NCBI GenBank assembly: GCA_963716275.1
Contig: CAVQTC010000011.1
Coordinates: 24,901 to 88,900, forward strand
Reading direction: 5' to 3'
DNA length: 64,000 nt
Source of the DNA: an uncultured delta proteobacterium
Lineage (GTDB): Bacteria; Myxococcota_A; UBA9160; UBA6930
The notes under the pieces are model-generated. The model saw nothing but the letters and a program-made list of their open reading frames with translations, ran no database searches and was not told where the DNA came from. Positions 14,130 to 30,446 of the stretch are shown piece by piece. Position 1 is the first letter of the stretch, and each line of letters opens with the position of its first letter. Both the position numbers and the translations under genes were made by a program.

Positions 14130-15422
14130 ATGCGAGTTGGCGAGCAAGTCGGGAAGGCGCACGCGCAAGTGCTCGCGCTCGCCCCGGGCTGCGACCCGAC
14201 GCGCCTCTCGTTGCGGCCGACCGAGGGCTACGTGCTCTCGCGAATCGATGGCCGCACGAGCTGGGGCACCTTGCGCCAGATCGGCGCGCTGCCGGCCCAG
14301 GAGATCGATCAGCTCGTCGAGCGGTGGCTCAAGTCGGGCGTGCTCGTCGTCGCCGACGCCGGGCGCAGCGCGGGAGCCGGCGAGCGGCCGCCGAGCGCGA
14401 GCAAGCCGCCGAGCAGCGGCCCCGCGCAGGAGCAGAAGCGCAGCGGGACCAGCGCGCCGGCGCCGGTCGCGCCCGCAAGGCCGGCGATTTCGCTTCCCGA
14501 GCTCGACGCGAGCCTCGAGCTCGAGGTCGAGCTCCAGCAGGAGATCCTCGCCTTCGCCGGAGGTCTCGGGCGCCGCTACCACGAGATTCTCGGCGTCGCG
14601 GCCGACGCCGACACCAAGGCCATCAAGCGCGCCTACTTCACGCTCTCGAAGAAGCTCCATCCGGACCGCTACTTCCGACGGAACACGGGCGCCTTCAGGC
14701 CTCTGATCGAGAGCTGCTTCAAGGGGCTGCTGGAGGCCTACGAGCTGCTCTCCGATCCGCAGACGCGCAGCGAGGTCCAGAACGCGCCGCGCGCGAACGC
14801 GCCCGTCGACGAGGGCCACGCCGCGAACGCGCGGCTCTCGAGCTTGGAGGCCCGCCGCCGCCTGCGCGAGCGCGTCGGCTCGCTCGCCGGACACGCGCGC
14901 GCCCACCAGGACCGCCGGCGCAAGGCCAAGACCTTCTTCGAGTCCGGCATGGCGGCCTTCAACGAGAAGCGCTGGCTCGAGGCGGCCGGCGCCGTGCGCC
15001 TCGCCATCGCCTTCGACGCGGAGAACGCCGCCTACCGCGAGGCCTTCCCCGACGTGCAGCGCAGGGCCCACGAGGAGCGCGCCAAGCACTCGACGAAGCT
15101 CGCCGAGGCGGCGCTCGAGCTGCGCGACTACGCCGACGCACTCGAGCACTTCGAGGAGGCGCTCCACTTCCGGCCCGTGGACGACACGCTCGCCCACCGC
15201 GCGGCGAAGCTCGCTTTCCAGGTGGGCGGCGACCTGAAGCGCGCGAAGGAGCTCGCCCTGCACGCCGTGGAGCTCGCGCCGGAGAACGGCCCCTACCGGC
15301 GCTTGTTGGGCACGGTCTACAAGGCGGCGGGCCTCAAGGCCAACGCGAAGCGCGAGCTCGAGGCCGCGCTGCGCATCGACCCCCAGGACCGCGAGGCTCG
15401 CGAAGAGCTGCGCTCGCTCTAG
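14130..15422 (+). CDS. J-domain (DnaJ-like) protein with N-terminal wHTH-like domain and C-terminal TPRs
   Basis: YHEILGV..DAD.KAIKRAYF.LSKKLHPDRY...AYELLSDP (HPD intact); TPR helices at the C terminus. Confidence 0.88.
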   Translation: MRVGEQVGKAHAQVLALAPGCDPTRLSLRPTEGYVLSRIDGRTSWGTLRQIGALPAQEIDQLVERWLKSGVLVVADAGRSAGAGERPPSASKPPSSGPAQEQKRSGTSAPAPVAPARPAISLPELDASLELEVELQQEILAFAGGLGRRYHEILGVAADADTKAIKRAYFTLSKKLHPDRYFRRNTGAFRPLIESCFKGLLEAYELLSDPQTRSEVQNAPRANAPVDEGHAANARLSSLEARRRLRERVGSLAGHARAHQDRRRKAKTFFESGMAAFNEKRWLEAAGAVRLAIAFDAENAAYREAFPDVQRRAHEERAKHSTKLAEAALELRDYADALEHFEEALHFRPVDDTLAHRAAKLAFQVGGDLKRAKELALHAVELAPENGPYRRLLGTVYKAAGLKANAKRELEAALRIDPQDREAREELRSL

Positions 15423-15443
15423 GCAAAGGATTCGGAGGACGGA

Positions 15444-17018
<1,575 letters not shown>

Positions 17019-17026
17019 CGGCGACG

Positions 17027-17596
17027 ATGGCCGAAGGGACCGAACAGCGCATTGCGCGCCTCATGGCCGAGGGTCTGGACGCCTACGGGCAGGACCTGAT
17101 CGACCGGGCCGTCGCCTGCTGGCGCGCGGTGCTGAAGCTCGACCCGAACCACGAGGTGGCGCGGGATTACCTCGAGGCGGCGGGCTTCGAGACCAAGGCG
17201 GCGCCCGCGCCCGCGGCGCGCGCGCCCCAGGCTCGCGAGGCGAAGACCGTGCTCGAGCGCAGCGGCGACGCCGAGGCGCTCGAGCTGCTCGACGCCGCCA
17301 TCCGCGAGGCGCCCGCAGACCTCGAGGCCCAGGCCGCGCTCGACCTGGTGCGCGCCTCGCTCTACCGCAAGTACCGCCAGCGCACGAAGGAGGGCAGCGG
17401 CGTCCCGCGCGTGAAGCTCGGCCCCCAGGAGATCCTGCGCTTCAACCTGGGCGCCAACGCGGGCTTCGTGCTCTCCATGATCGACGGGCACACCTCGGTG
17501 GACGAGCTCGTCGCGCTCACCAACATGGACCCGTTCGAGGCGCTCCACGTGCTCGGCAAGCTGATGGACTCCGGCATCGTCGAGGTGCGCGCATGA
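17027..17596 (+). CDS. Hypothetical protein: N-terminal TPR and C-terminal DUF4388-associated wHTH-like domain
   Basis: AVACWRAVLKLDPNHEVARDYL; GFVLSMIDGHTSVDELV; AGGAG RBS; ATGA overlap with the next gene. Confidence 0.7.
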   Translation: MAEGTEQRIARLMAEGLDAYGQDLIDRAVACWRAVLKLDPNHEVARDYLEAAGFETKAAPAPAARAPQAREAKTVLERSGDAEALELLDAAIREAPADLEAQAALDLVRASLYRKYRQRTKEGSGVPRVKLGPQEILRFNLGANAGFVLSMIDGHTSVDELVALTNMDPFEALHVLGKLMDSGIVEVRA

Positions 17597-18540
17597 ACGG
17601 CGCCGAATCCCTGCTCTCGTACCTCGACGCGCCGATCGTCGTGGGCGATCCCGAAGGCCGCGCGGTCTACGTGAACCCCGCCTTCGAGGCGCGCTTCCCG
17701 CGCGCGGGGGCGCAGGCGCTGGGGCTGCCGCTGGCGGAGCTCTTCGACGGCGGCGCGCGCGAGGCTGTGCTGCGCGGCGTGCGCTCGGCCTGCGACCAGT
17801 GCGAGACGGCGCGCTTCCGGCTGCGCGCCGGCGACGTGAGCTACTCCGCGGTGGCCTCGCCGATCCGCACCTCGGGCCAGGCGGTGGGCGTCGTGATCCT
17901 GTTCAAGGAGGAGGTGGGCGCGGTCGAGCGCCTGCTCCAGCTGCAGCGCGAGATGCAAGGGGCGCTCGACGAGCTCACCGGCACGCTCGACACGCTGGTG
18001 GAGCAGACCGGCGGCCGACGCAGCCCCCAGCACCGGGCGCTGGTCGAGGACGGCATCCGCGCGGTGACGCGGCTTCGCAAATGGAGCGAGGAGATGCAGG
18101 GCGTGCTCGCGGGGCGCCCGGTCGCCGCCGCCGCCGACCGCATCGTCGTGGGCGACCTGCTGCGCCGGATCGGCGAGCGCGCCGCGCGGCTGGGCGCCGC
18201 GGACGGCATCGCGATCACGATGCTCCTGCCGGGCTCGCTCCCCGAGCTCCACGGCGACGAGGCGCGCATCGCGAGCGCGCTCCAGCGCATGGTCGAGGCG
18301 CGCATCGCGGCGGCGCCGAAGCCGGATCGCCTGACGATCGGCGCACGCGTGGTCGGCAAGACCAAGGACCGCGCCCTGCTGGTCTCCTTCGCCGAGCTGC
18401 GCGCCGGCGGCTTCCCGGCGCCTTTCGCCGACGGTCCCGTCGTGCTCGAGGCACTGGGCGAGATCGGCGCCACGCGCCACGGCGTCGCCAGCGAGCGCCT
18501 CGGCCGCTCCACCGTCGTCCGCCTCCCCCTCGAAGGCTGA
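17593..18540 (+). CDS. PAS-domain protein with a degenerate histidine-kinase-like core
   Basis: PAS LDAPIVVGDPEGRAVYVNPAF; HK-like helices lacking the H-box His, N-box and G-boxes. Confidence 0.65.
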   Translation: MNGAESLLSYLDAPIVVGDPEGRAVYVNPAFEARFPRAGAQALGLPLAELFDGGAREAVLRGVRSACDQCETARFRLRAGDVSYSAVASPIRTSGQAVGVVILFKEEVGAVERLLQLQREMQGALDELTGTLDTLVEQTGGRRSPQHRALVEDGIRAVTRLRKWSEEMQGVLAGRPVAAAADRIVVGDLLRRIGERAARLGAADGIAITMLLPGSLPELHGDEARIASALQRMVEARIAAAPKPDRLTIGARVVGKTKDRALLVSFAELRAGGFPAPFADGPVVLEALGEIGATRHGVASERLGRSTVVRLPLEG

Positions 18541-18546
18541 GGAAGC

Positions 18547-18589
18547 GAGAATCGAAATTTCGGGGTCTGACCCCGGGATTTCGATTCTC
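18547..18589. repeat. GGGGTCTGACCCC-core REP-like palindrome (copy 1)
   Basis: gagaatcgaaat-ttc-ggggtc-t-gacccc-ggg-atttcgattctc; near-identical copy at 27989. Confidence 0.9.
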
Positions 18590-18616
18590 TAGTCTTCGCT
18601 CCTGGGCGGAGGACGA

Positions 18617-19821
<1,205 letters not shown>

Positions 19822-19825
<4 letters not shown>

Positions 19826-21147
19826 TCGCGCACGGCGAGGAAGCGCAGCAGGTAGGGGACGGCGAGCTTCATCACGTCCACGCCCGGCGCGAGCTCGCGG
19901 CCGAGCGCGAAGAGCGTGCCGAGCGTCTTCGCGTAGAGCAGGAGCGGCTCCGGGAGTGCGAGCCCGGGCGTCGCGAACAGGAGCGCCTCCGCCTCCTGCT
20001 GGAGGGCGAGGACGCGCTCGCCCGAGAGGGCGAGCGGGCTCGCGGCGCCCGCGCGCACGCTCGCGAACATGCGCGCCACGGCCTCGCGCACGCCCGCTTC
20101 GGCCCCGGGCGCGATCATGTCCAGGCGCTGCATGCCCGCGAGGAACGCGTCGAGGTCGCTGCGCAGCAGCGCCAGCAGGCCGGCGCGGAGCTCGCGCAGC
20201 AGGGCCGGCTCGAGGCGCCGCGAGAGGCCGAAGTCCACGAACAGGACGCGCGGGCGCGCCGCGGCATCCGGCTCGTCGAGCACGAGCAGGTTCCCGGGGT
20301 GCGGATCGGCGTGGAACAGGCCGTCCAGGAAGATCTGGCGCGCGTAGGCGCGCACGACGATCTCGAGCACCGCGGCCGGGTCGATGCCGCGCGCCCGCAG
20401 CGTCGCGGGGTCGAGCGGCAGCGTCGGCAGGCGCTCGAGCGTGAGCACGCGGCCCCTCGAGTGCGTCTCCACCACGCGCGGCACCACCACGCTCGGCTCG
20501 GGCGCGAGGTTCTTCGCGATCTCGGTCGCGCTCGCGGCCTCGCGCACGAAGTCGAGCTCCTCGCGGTAGCTGCGCCCGAACTCGCGCCAGCTCGCGTCGC
20601 TCGGCGCGATGCCAGCTCCGAGGCGCAGCGCGGCTCGCGCGAGCGCGAGATCGGCGCGCGCGCTCCGCGCGAGCCAGGGGTACTGCACCTTCACCGCGAC
20701 CTCGCGGCCGTCCAGGAGCCGCGCGGCGTGCACCTGCGCGAGCGAGGCGGCGCCGAGCGGAATCGGCGAGAACGCCGCGAAGCGCGCCTCGAGCGGCGCG
20801 CCGAGGTCGCGCTCGAGCGCGAGGCGCACCCAGCTCCCGGGCAGCGCCGGGACCGCGTCGCGCAACGCGATCAGGGCGCGCCGCGCCTCGGGCGCGAGCA
20901 CGTCGACGCGGAGCGCGGCGAATTGCCCGAGCTTGGCGAAGGGGCCTTTCAGAGCGCCGAGCGCGCGCGCCACGAGCGGCGCGCCCGCCGCCGACAAGGG
21001 CGCAGCGCGCGCGAGCCGAAGCGCGAGCGCGAGCGCGGCGAGGCGGGCGAGCTGCGCGAGGCCGAGCGCGCGCAGGGCGAGGACCCCCGCGAGCTGCGCG
21101 CGTCGCAAAAGGCCGGGTCGTTGGGGGAGGGGGGAGGCGTCGTCCAA
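19822..21147 (-). CDS. AarF/ABC1/UbiB-family atypical kinase (start uncertain)
   Basis: LKGPFAKLGQ, GAASLAQVHAA, VAVKVQYP, EELDF..EA, FHADPHPGN, VDFG. Confidence 0.88.
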
Positions 21148-21270
21148 GCTCGGTCGCTCCAGGGCTTCTGATAGGATGGCCGCGGCTCCGGCGCCACGCG
21201 CGAAACGATGGGAGATCGGGCTGCTCAAGCCCGAGTTGCGCACGGACGATGTCTCGGGCGCGAGGGGGAC

Positions 21271-22657
21271 ATGGCGAACGCCGACAAGGCGCGCGTGCTG
21301 GTCGTGGACGACAGCCGCTTCCACCGCGAGCTCGCCCGCGACGTGCTCTCGCCGCGCGCTGAGGTGGTGGCCTGCGAGAACGCCGACCAGGCCCTGGCTG
21401 CGCTCGAGCAGGGCGGCTTCGACCTGGTGCTCTCGGATCTCTCCATGCCCGAGCTCTCGGGCCTCGATCTGCTCGAGCGCGTGCAGCGCCGCTTCACGGG
21501 CGTCGACTTCGTGATCATCACGGCCAACGCGACGGTGGACAGCGCGGTGCGCGCGCTCCGTATGGGCGCCACGGACTATCTGCAGAAGCCCGTGCGCGCC
21601 TCGGACCTGATCCTCTCGCTCGAGCGCGCGCTCGCGCGGCGCCGGCTCGTGGAGGAGAACCAGCGCCTGCGCGGCGAGCTCGCGCTCTACGCGGCCGCTC
21701 GCACGCTGGCCGCCACGCTCGAGCCGGACGAGGTCTACGCGCTGGCGCTCGAGATCGCGAGCCGCACGCTCGGCCAGCGGCCGGGCTTCGCGCTGTTCCG
21801 CCGCCCGAACCTCCAGGACGCGATCGGGCTCCACAGCGCCGGTCTGCCCGAGGCCCACGAGAGCGGTCTGCGCGACGCGCTCGCGCGCGGCAAGCGCATC
21901 GACTTCGATGCATTCCGCGGCGTCGCGCGCCACGATCGCGGCCCGCTCCACGAGCTGCTCGCAGCCGCCGGCGTGCCCGAGGTGCCGCTGGTCGTGGCGC
22001 CCCTGCGCGGCGAGGCCGCCGACGCTGGCCTCTTGTGCCTGTTCGAGGCCGCCGAAGGCGGGGAGGGCGCCCTCGAGCGCCTGGCGATCATCGCGGCCCA
22101 CGCAGGCGTCGCGCTGCGCAACGCCGAGCGCTACCGCACCGTGCGCGACCGCGCGTTCGTCGACGACACCACCGACGTCTACAACGCGCGCTATCTGCTC
22201 GAGGCCCTCGATCGCGAGATCCGCCGCGCCGAGCGCTACGGCGCCGAGCTCTCGATCCTGTTCATCGACCTCGACCGCTTCAAGCTGGTGAACGACAACC
22301 ACGGCCACCTGGTCGGCTCGAGCGTGCTGCGCCAGCTCTCCCAGCTCCTGGTGCAGTCCGTGCGCCAGGTGGACACCGTGGCGCGCTACGGCGGCGACGA
22401 GTTCACGGTGCTGCTCGCCGACACGGCCGAGCGCGGCGCCCGCGTGATCGCCGAGCGCATCCGCAAGTCGGTGGCGGACCACGCCTTCGAGGGCGGACAA
22501 CGGCATTACGCTGCGCCTCGCCTGCAGCGTGGGCCTCTCGACCTACCCGGCGCACGGGCGCACGCGCGAGGCGCTGCTCGAGGCCGCCGACAAGGCGATG
22601 TACCGGGCGAAGTCCCAAGGCCGCAACCGCGTCGTGTCGGCCAGCGAGCTCGTCTGA
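21271..22657 (+). CDS. Response-regulated diguanylate cyclase, REC-GAF-GGDEF (frameshift near 22497)
   Basis: REC VLVVDDS...SDLSMP; DLDRFKLVNDNHGH; RxxD I-site RQVD; RYGGDEF; the tail ADKAMYRAKSQGRNRV is in the shifted frame. Confidence 0.9.
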
Positions 22658-22706
22658 GGCGAACCCCCACCGCCTCTGCTAATTCCCGCTTTCCTTCGGG
22701 GACGGC

Positions 22707-24565
22707 ATGAGCGAGAGCGGAGCGACCGGGGCCAAGGGCGGAGCGGGCGCGCGCCAGCAGGCGCGCCTCGACCCGCTGGGCGCGCTGCGCCGCACCGATT
22801 ACTGCGGCGCGCTGCGCGCGCAGTCGATCGGGCGCGAGGTGGTCGTCACCGGCTGGGTGCACAGCGCCCGCGACCACGGCGGCGTGATCTTCGCCGACGT
22901 GCGCGATCGCGAGGGGATCGTGCAGTGCGTGTTCCGGCCCGAGGTGTCGAGCGAGGTCCACGCGCGGGCGAGCGAGCTGCGCAGCGAGTTCGTGGTGGCG
23001 GTGCGCGGGACGGTCGAGCGCCGCTCGGCCGAGACCGTGAATGCCAAGGTGCCCAGCGGAGAGGTGGAGATCGCCGCCCGCGAGCTGCGCATCCTGAACG
23101 TGGCCACGCCGCCGCCCTTCGCGATCGAGGAGGACGCCGGCGCCGAGGAGACGGCGCGCCTGCGCCATCGCATCCACGACCTGCGCAGGCCGCCCCTGCA
23201 GAGCGCGCTGCGCGTGCGCCACGCGCTCTATCAGTCGGCGCGCGCGTCGCTGGTGGAGCAGGGCTTTCTCGAGATCGAGACGCCGATCCTCGCCAAGGCG
23301 ACGCCCGAGGGCGCGCGGGACTTCCTCGTGCCGAGCCGGCTCCAGCCCGGCGCCTTCTACGCGCTGCCGCAGTCGCCGCAGATCATGAAGCAGCTGCTTC
23401 ATGATCGCGGGCTACGACCGCTACTTCCAGATCGCGCGCTGCTTCCGCGACGAGGACCTGCGCGCGGACCGCCAGCTGGAGTTCACGCAGATCGACCTCG
23501 AGATGAGCTTCGTCGGCGTGGACGACGTGCTCGCCGTGCTCGAGGAGCTCACCTGCCGCGTCTGGCGCGACGACCAGCGGGATCGAGCTGCCGCGTCCCT
23601 TCCCGCGGCTCTCCTACGCCGAGGCGATGGAGCGCTACGGCAGCGACAAGCCCGACGTGCGCGTGCAGCTCGAGCTGGTCGAGCTCACGGACCTGTTTCG
23701 CGCGACGCAGTTCCGCGCCTTCGGCGCCGCCGTGGAGCGCGGCGGCGTGGTGAAGTGCCTGCCGATCCACGACGCGGATGGGCTCACGCGCAGCGAGATC
23801 GACCGCCTCGAGGCCTTCGTGAAGAAGGAGCTCGGCGCGCGCGGCCTGGCCTGGGTGCGCGTGATGCCCGACGGGACCTGGCAATCGCCGATCGCGAAGT
23901 TCCTGTCCGAGGCCGAGCGGGGTGGCATCGCCCAGCGCAGCGGCGCTCGCCCCGGCAGCGTCCTCTTCTTCGCGGCGGACGAGTTCGCGAAGGCGAACGC
24001 GATCCTCGGCCGTCTGCGCGTGGACCTGGGCCGCCAGCTCGGGCGGGTGGACGCGCGCCCCTGGGCGCCGCTCTTGGTGCTGAACTTCCCCGTCTTCGAG
24101 CGCGGCGAGGACGGCAGACTGACCTTCATGCACATGCCGTTCGTGGCGCCGGTGGAGGAGGACCTCGGCCTCTTCGAGAGCGACCCCTTGCGCATGCGCG
24201 GCACGCACTACGACGTCGTGATGAACGGCCTCGAGCTCGGCTCCGGGAGCCTGCGCAACCACCGCTCCGACGTGCAGCGCAAGATCTTCGAGATCCTGGG
24301 CTACGCGAAGGACGAGATGGAGGCGCGCTTCGGCTTCCTGCTGAACGCGCTCGACGCCGGCGCGCCGCCCCACGGCGGCTTCGCCTTCGGCCTCGACCGC
24401 ATGGCGATGCTGCTCGCGGGCGCGCAGAGCCTGCGCGACGTGATCGCGTTCCCGAAGACGCAGCGCGGCCAGGACGTCCTGATGGACGCGCCGTCGGAGG
24501 TCGAGAAGCCGCAGCTCGACGAGCTGCACGTGCGCGTGGTGCTGCCAACCCGCGAGAAGACGTGA
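22707..24565 (+). CDS. aspS: Aspartate-tRNA ligase (frameshifts near 23399 and 23575)
   Basis: [65 protein letters not shown]. Confidence 0.95.
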
Positions 24566-24575
24566 CCCGCGACCG

Positions 24576-26211
24576 ATGAGCCGCTCGCTGCGCACGCGCG
24601 TGTTGGTGATCGGGGGCGGCATCAACGGCACGGGCGTTGCGCGCGATCTCGCGCTGCGCGGCGTCGACTGCGTGCTCGTCGAGAAGCGCGAGCTCGGCTC
24701 GGGCACCACCTGGGCATCCTCGGGCATGATCCACGGCGGGCTCCGCTATCTGCAGACGGACCCGGAGGTCACGCGTCACTCCTGCGTGGACTCCGGCGCG
24801 ATCCAGCGCATCGCCCCGCACCTGGTCTTCCGCATCCCCTTCGTGATGCCCGTGTTCGCGGAGGATCCGATCGGGCCCGAGATCGTGGAGATCGGGCTCG
24901 AGATGTACGACCGCTTCGTGCCGCTCAAGAACGGCCGGCCCCACACGCGGCTCACGCGCGAGCAGGCGCTCGCCCTCGAGCCCGCCCTCTCGCCGCGCCT
25001 GGAGTGCGCCTTCACCCTCGACGAGTGGGGCGTGGACGCCGCGCGGCTGTGCGTCGCCAACGCCCTCGACGCCGCGGCGCACGGCGCGCGCGTGTTCACG
25101 CACTGCGAGGCGGTCGAGCTGCTGCGCGAGAGCGGCGCGGGGCGCATCTCGGGCGCCCGCGTGCGCGACCGCATCCGCGGCGAGGAGACGCGCATCGAGG
25201 CGGAGCTCGTGCTGAACGCCGCGGGGCCCTGGGGCCCGGCGCTCGCCGAGCTGGCGGGCGAGCCCTTGAAGCTGCGGCCGGGCAAGGGCATCCACCTGGT
25301 CTTCGAGCGGCGAGTCTCGAACGTCGCCATCTATGCCAAGGGTGTGGACGGCCGCGACATGTTCACGTTCCCCCACGAGCAGAACTCGATGGCGGGGACC
25401 ACCGACGACGACTACTACGGCGACCTCGACCGCATCGAGACGCGCGAGGACGAGGTCGCCTACGTGCTCGAGGCGATGGAGCGCTCGATCCCGGGCATCC
25501 GCGCGCACCGCGTGGTGCACGCGATCCAGGGCGTGCGGCCGACGCTCTACGGCTTCGGCGCCTACGAGGACGAGCTCTCGCGCGACTACCGCGTGATCGA
25601 CCACGGGCGCGAGGGCCAAGCGCCGGGCCTGTTTACGCTCACCGGCGGCAAGCTCGCCGCCTACCGCCTGATGGCCGAGGACACGACGGACCGGCTCTGC
25701 CGAGCGCTGGGCGTCTCGGCGCCTTGCCGCACCGCCGATTCGCCGCTGCCGGGGGGCGAGAGCCCGTTCGATCCGAGCGCCGCGGCGCGCCGCTTCTCCG
25801 TCGGGATCGCCGCGGCGCTGCGGCTCGGCTTCCGCCACGGCGCAGGCGCCGTGCGCGTGCTGGAGGGCGCGGGCCCGCCGCGCACCGTGTGCGCGTGCGA
25901 GCCGGTGCTCGAGCCGGAGCTGCGCCACGCCGCGCGCGCCGAGGGGCTGCGCAAGCTCACCGACTGCCCGCTGCGGCTGCGGCTCGCGAGCGGCACTTGT
26001 CAGGGCACGAGCTGCGCCGCCTTCGCGGCCCAGGTGCTGGCGGACGAGCTCGCCTGGAGCGGCGCGCGCGCGGTGCGCGAGGTCGCGGAGCTGGCGGCCG
26101 CGCGCTGGCACGACGTGGCGCCCGTGCTCGTCGGGCGCCCAGGTCGCCCAGATGGAGCTCCACCGCGCGGTCTTCTTCGGCATGAGCGGCGCGCTCTCGG
26201 GGTCGCCGTGA
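24576..26211 (+). CDS. glpA: FAD-dependent glycerol-3-phosphate dehydrogenase, GlpA-like (frameshift near 26133)
   Basis: [36 protein letters not shown]-terminal CACE...GTCQG..C (BFD-like) domain. Confidence 0.82.
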
Positions 26212-27539
26212 TCGCCGTGATCGGCGGCGGCCTCGCGGGCGCCGCGGCCGCGCTCGCGCTCGCCGAGCGCGGCGCGGACGTGGTGCAGATCGCGGGTGCG
26301 CCCGGGGCGACGGCGCTCGCGAGCGGCGCGCTCGACGTGGCGGCCGTCTCGCCGAACGTTCCCTGGCTCGCCCCCCGCGACGCGCTGCGCGGGAGCGTGC
26401 TCTCGCCGGCCGAGCGGCTGGCGCTCGTGCTCCGCGAAGCGCCCGCGCATCCGTACACGCGCCTGTTCGGCGCCGACGCCGAGCGCGCCGTGCGAGCGCT
26501 CGCCGCCGGCGTGGAGCGCCTCGCGCGCTGGCTTGCCCCGCACGGCGTCGCGGTGGCGGGCTCCCTCGAGCGCTCGCAGCTCCTGGTGTGCGCGCCGGGC
26601 ACGCTGCGCGTGGGCGATTTCGCGACGACGGGGCCCGCGGGCGGCGACCTCGAGGGCTGTGACGAGATCGCGGTGGTGGACGCGCCCGGGCTCGCGGGCT
26701 TCGAGGCGCGCTTCACGGCGCGCGGCCTCGAGGCCGAGCTCGCCGCGATCGGCCTCAGCCAGAAGAAGGTGCGCGTGCTGCGTCTCGCGTGGCCGGCGGG
26801 CGTGCTCGGCGAGGAGCCCGCGCGCGTCGCGGCCCGGCTCGATCAGCCCGCGGCCGGCGAGGCCCTCGCGCGCGCCCTGCGCGGGGCCGGCGGCCCCCGC
26901 ACGCTGCTCCTGTTCGGTCCCGTGCTCGGCATCGCGCGCAGCGAAGCGCTCTGCGCCGCGCTGCGCGATGCGTCCGGGGGACCCGTCGCCGAGGTGCTCG
27001 CCTTCCCGCCTCACGCGCTGGCGGGCTTCCGGCTCGAGCGCGCGCTGCGCGCCGCCGTCGCGGCGAGCCGCGTGCGCGCCATCGCCGGGCGCGTGCGGCG
27101 GCTGCGCGCGGGGCGCGGCGGGGCCCCGCACCAGCTCGAGCTGGAGACGCCGGCGGGCCCGCGCTCGCTCGAAGCGCGCGCGCTCGTGCTCGCGACCGGC
27201 CGCTTCACCGGCGGCGGGCTCAGCGCCCACGGCGAGGTGCGCGAGCCGCTGCTCGGCCTCCCGCTCCACGACGCCGAGGGCCGGCGCCTCGACGGCGTGC
27301 CCGCGCACCGCGCGGTGCGCAAGGGCTACGCGAGCTGGCAGCCGCTCTACTCGGCGGGCGTGCGCGTCGACGCCGCGCTGCGGCCCCTCGGGCCCGACGG
27401 CGCGCCCGCGGCCGAGCGCGTGTTCTGCGCGGGCGAGCTGATCGGGGGCTTCGATCCGGCGCGCGAGCGGACCGGCCTCGGCGTCGCCCTCGCCACGGGC
27501 CTCGCCGCCGCCGAGCGCGCGCTCGAGGCCGCGGCGTGA
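26208..27539 (+). CDS. glpB: Anaerobic glycerol-3-phosphate dehydrogenase subunit B-like
   Basis: VIGGGLAG, GATALASGALD, VLATGRFTGGGL, GFDP..ERTGLGVA. Confidence 0.8.
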   Translation: MIAVIGGGLAGAAAALALAERGADVVQIAGAPGATALASGALDVAAVSPNVPWLAPRDALRGSVLSPAERLALVLREAPAHPYTRLFGADAERAVRALAAGVERLARWLAPHGVAVAGSLERSQLLVCAPGTLRVGDFATTGPAGGDLEGCDEIAVVDAPGLAGFEARFTARGLEAELAAIGLSQKKVRVLRLAWPAGVLGEEPARVAARLDQPAAGEALARALRGAGGPRTLLLFGPVLGIARSEALCAALRDASGGPVAEVLAFPPHALAGFRLERALRAAVAASRVRAIAGRVRRLRAGRGGAPHQLELETPAGPRSLEARALVLATGRFTGGGLSAHGEVREPLLGLPLHDAEGRRLDGVPAHRAVRKGYASWQPLYSAGVRVDAALRPLGPDGAPAAERVFCAGELIGGFDPARERTGLGVALATGLAAAERALEAAA

Positions 27540-28012
27540 GGGGCTACCGCGGCTTCCTGCGCGAGATGCTGCGCACCGGCAGCTGGCGCGCGCTCTCCCT
27601 GCAGCTCCGCACCGGCGCGCGCCACGTCCTGCGCCGCGCGCTGCCCGCGCGCGCGGTCGACCCCGTCGCACAGTTCCTCAGTCATTACGGTGCCGACGGC
27701 GTGCGCGCGCCCCAACCGGCGGCGCGCGCGCTCGCGCTGGCGGCCTCGCAGTGTCAGGTGTGCGGGCTCTGCACGATCGAGTGTGCGCGCGTCGGGGGCG
27801 CGCCGCCCCTCGATCCGCGCGAGGCGGTGATCGCCGCGTCGCGGCTCGAGACGGACCTGTTGCGCTTCGACCTCGCGCGCGAGCTCGGCGATGCGACGTG
27901 CGGCGGCTGCGACGCCTGCGCACGCGTCTGCCCTGCGGGGGTTCCGATCCACCGTGTTCAGGAGCGGCTCGGCCAGCTCGAGGCGCTCGAGAATCGAAAT
28001 CCCGGGGTCTGA
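27536..28012 (+). CDS. Small 2x[4Fe-4S] dicluster protein (GlpC N-terminal-like)
   Basis: CQVCGLCTIEC and CGGCDACARVCP motifs; GTGA overlap with glpB. Confidence 0.75.
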   Translation: MRGYRGFLREMLRTGSWRALSLQLRTGARHVLRRALPARAVDPVAQFLSHYGADGVRAPQPAARALALAASQCQVCGLCTIECARVGGAPPLDPREAVIAASRLETDLLRFDLARELGDATCGGCDACARVCPAGVPIHRVQERLGQLEALENRNPGV

Positions 28013-28031
28013 CCCCGAGTTTTCGATTCTC
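27989..28031. repeat. GGGGTCTGACCCC-core REP-like palindrome (copy 2)
   Basis: gagaatcgaaat-ccc-ggggtc-t-gacccc-gag-ttttcgattctc. Confidence 0.9.
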
Positions 28032-28080
28032 CGCTGGCGCGGGTGAAACCGCCCGTCGGATCGGCTAAATCGCCGCTTCT

Positions 28081-30436
<2,356 letters not shown>

Positions 30437-30446
30437 GGGACTCTCG

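Noticed and set aside
24576-27539. Apparent 987-aa GlpA-GlpB fusion
   Set aside because: One indel near 26133 restores a natural GlpA end ([15 protein letters not shown]...SP*) with a GTGA stop/start overlap at 26208-26211, so the fusion is probably an artefact
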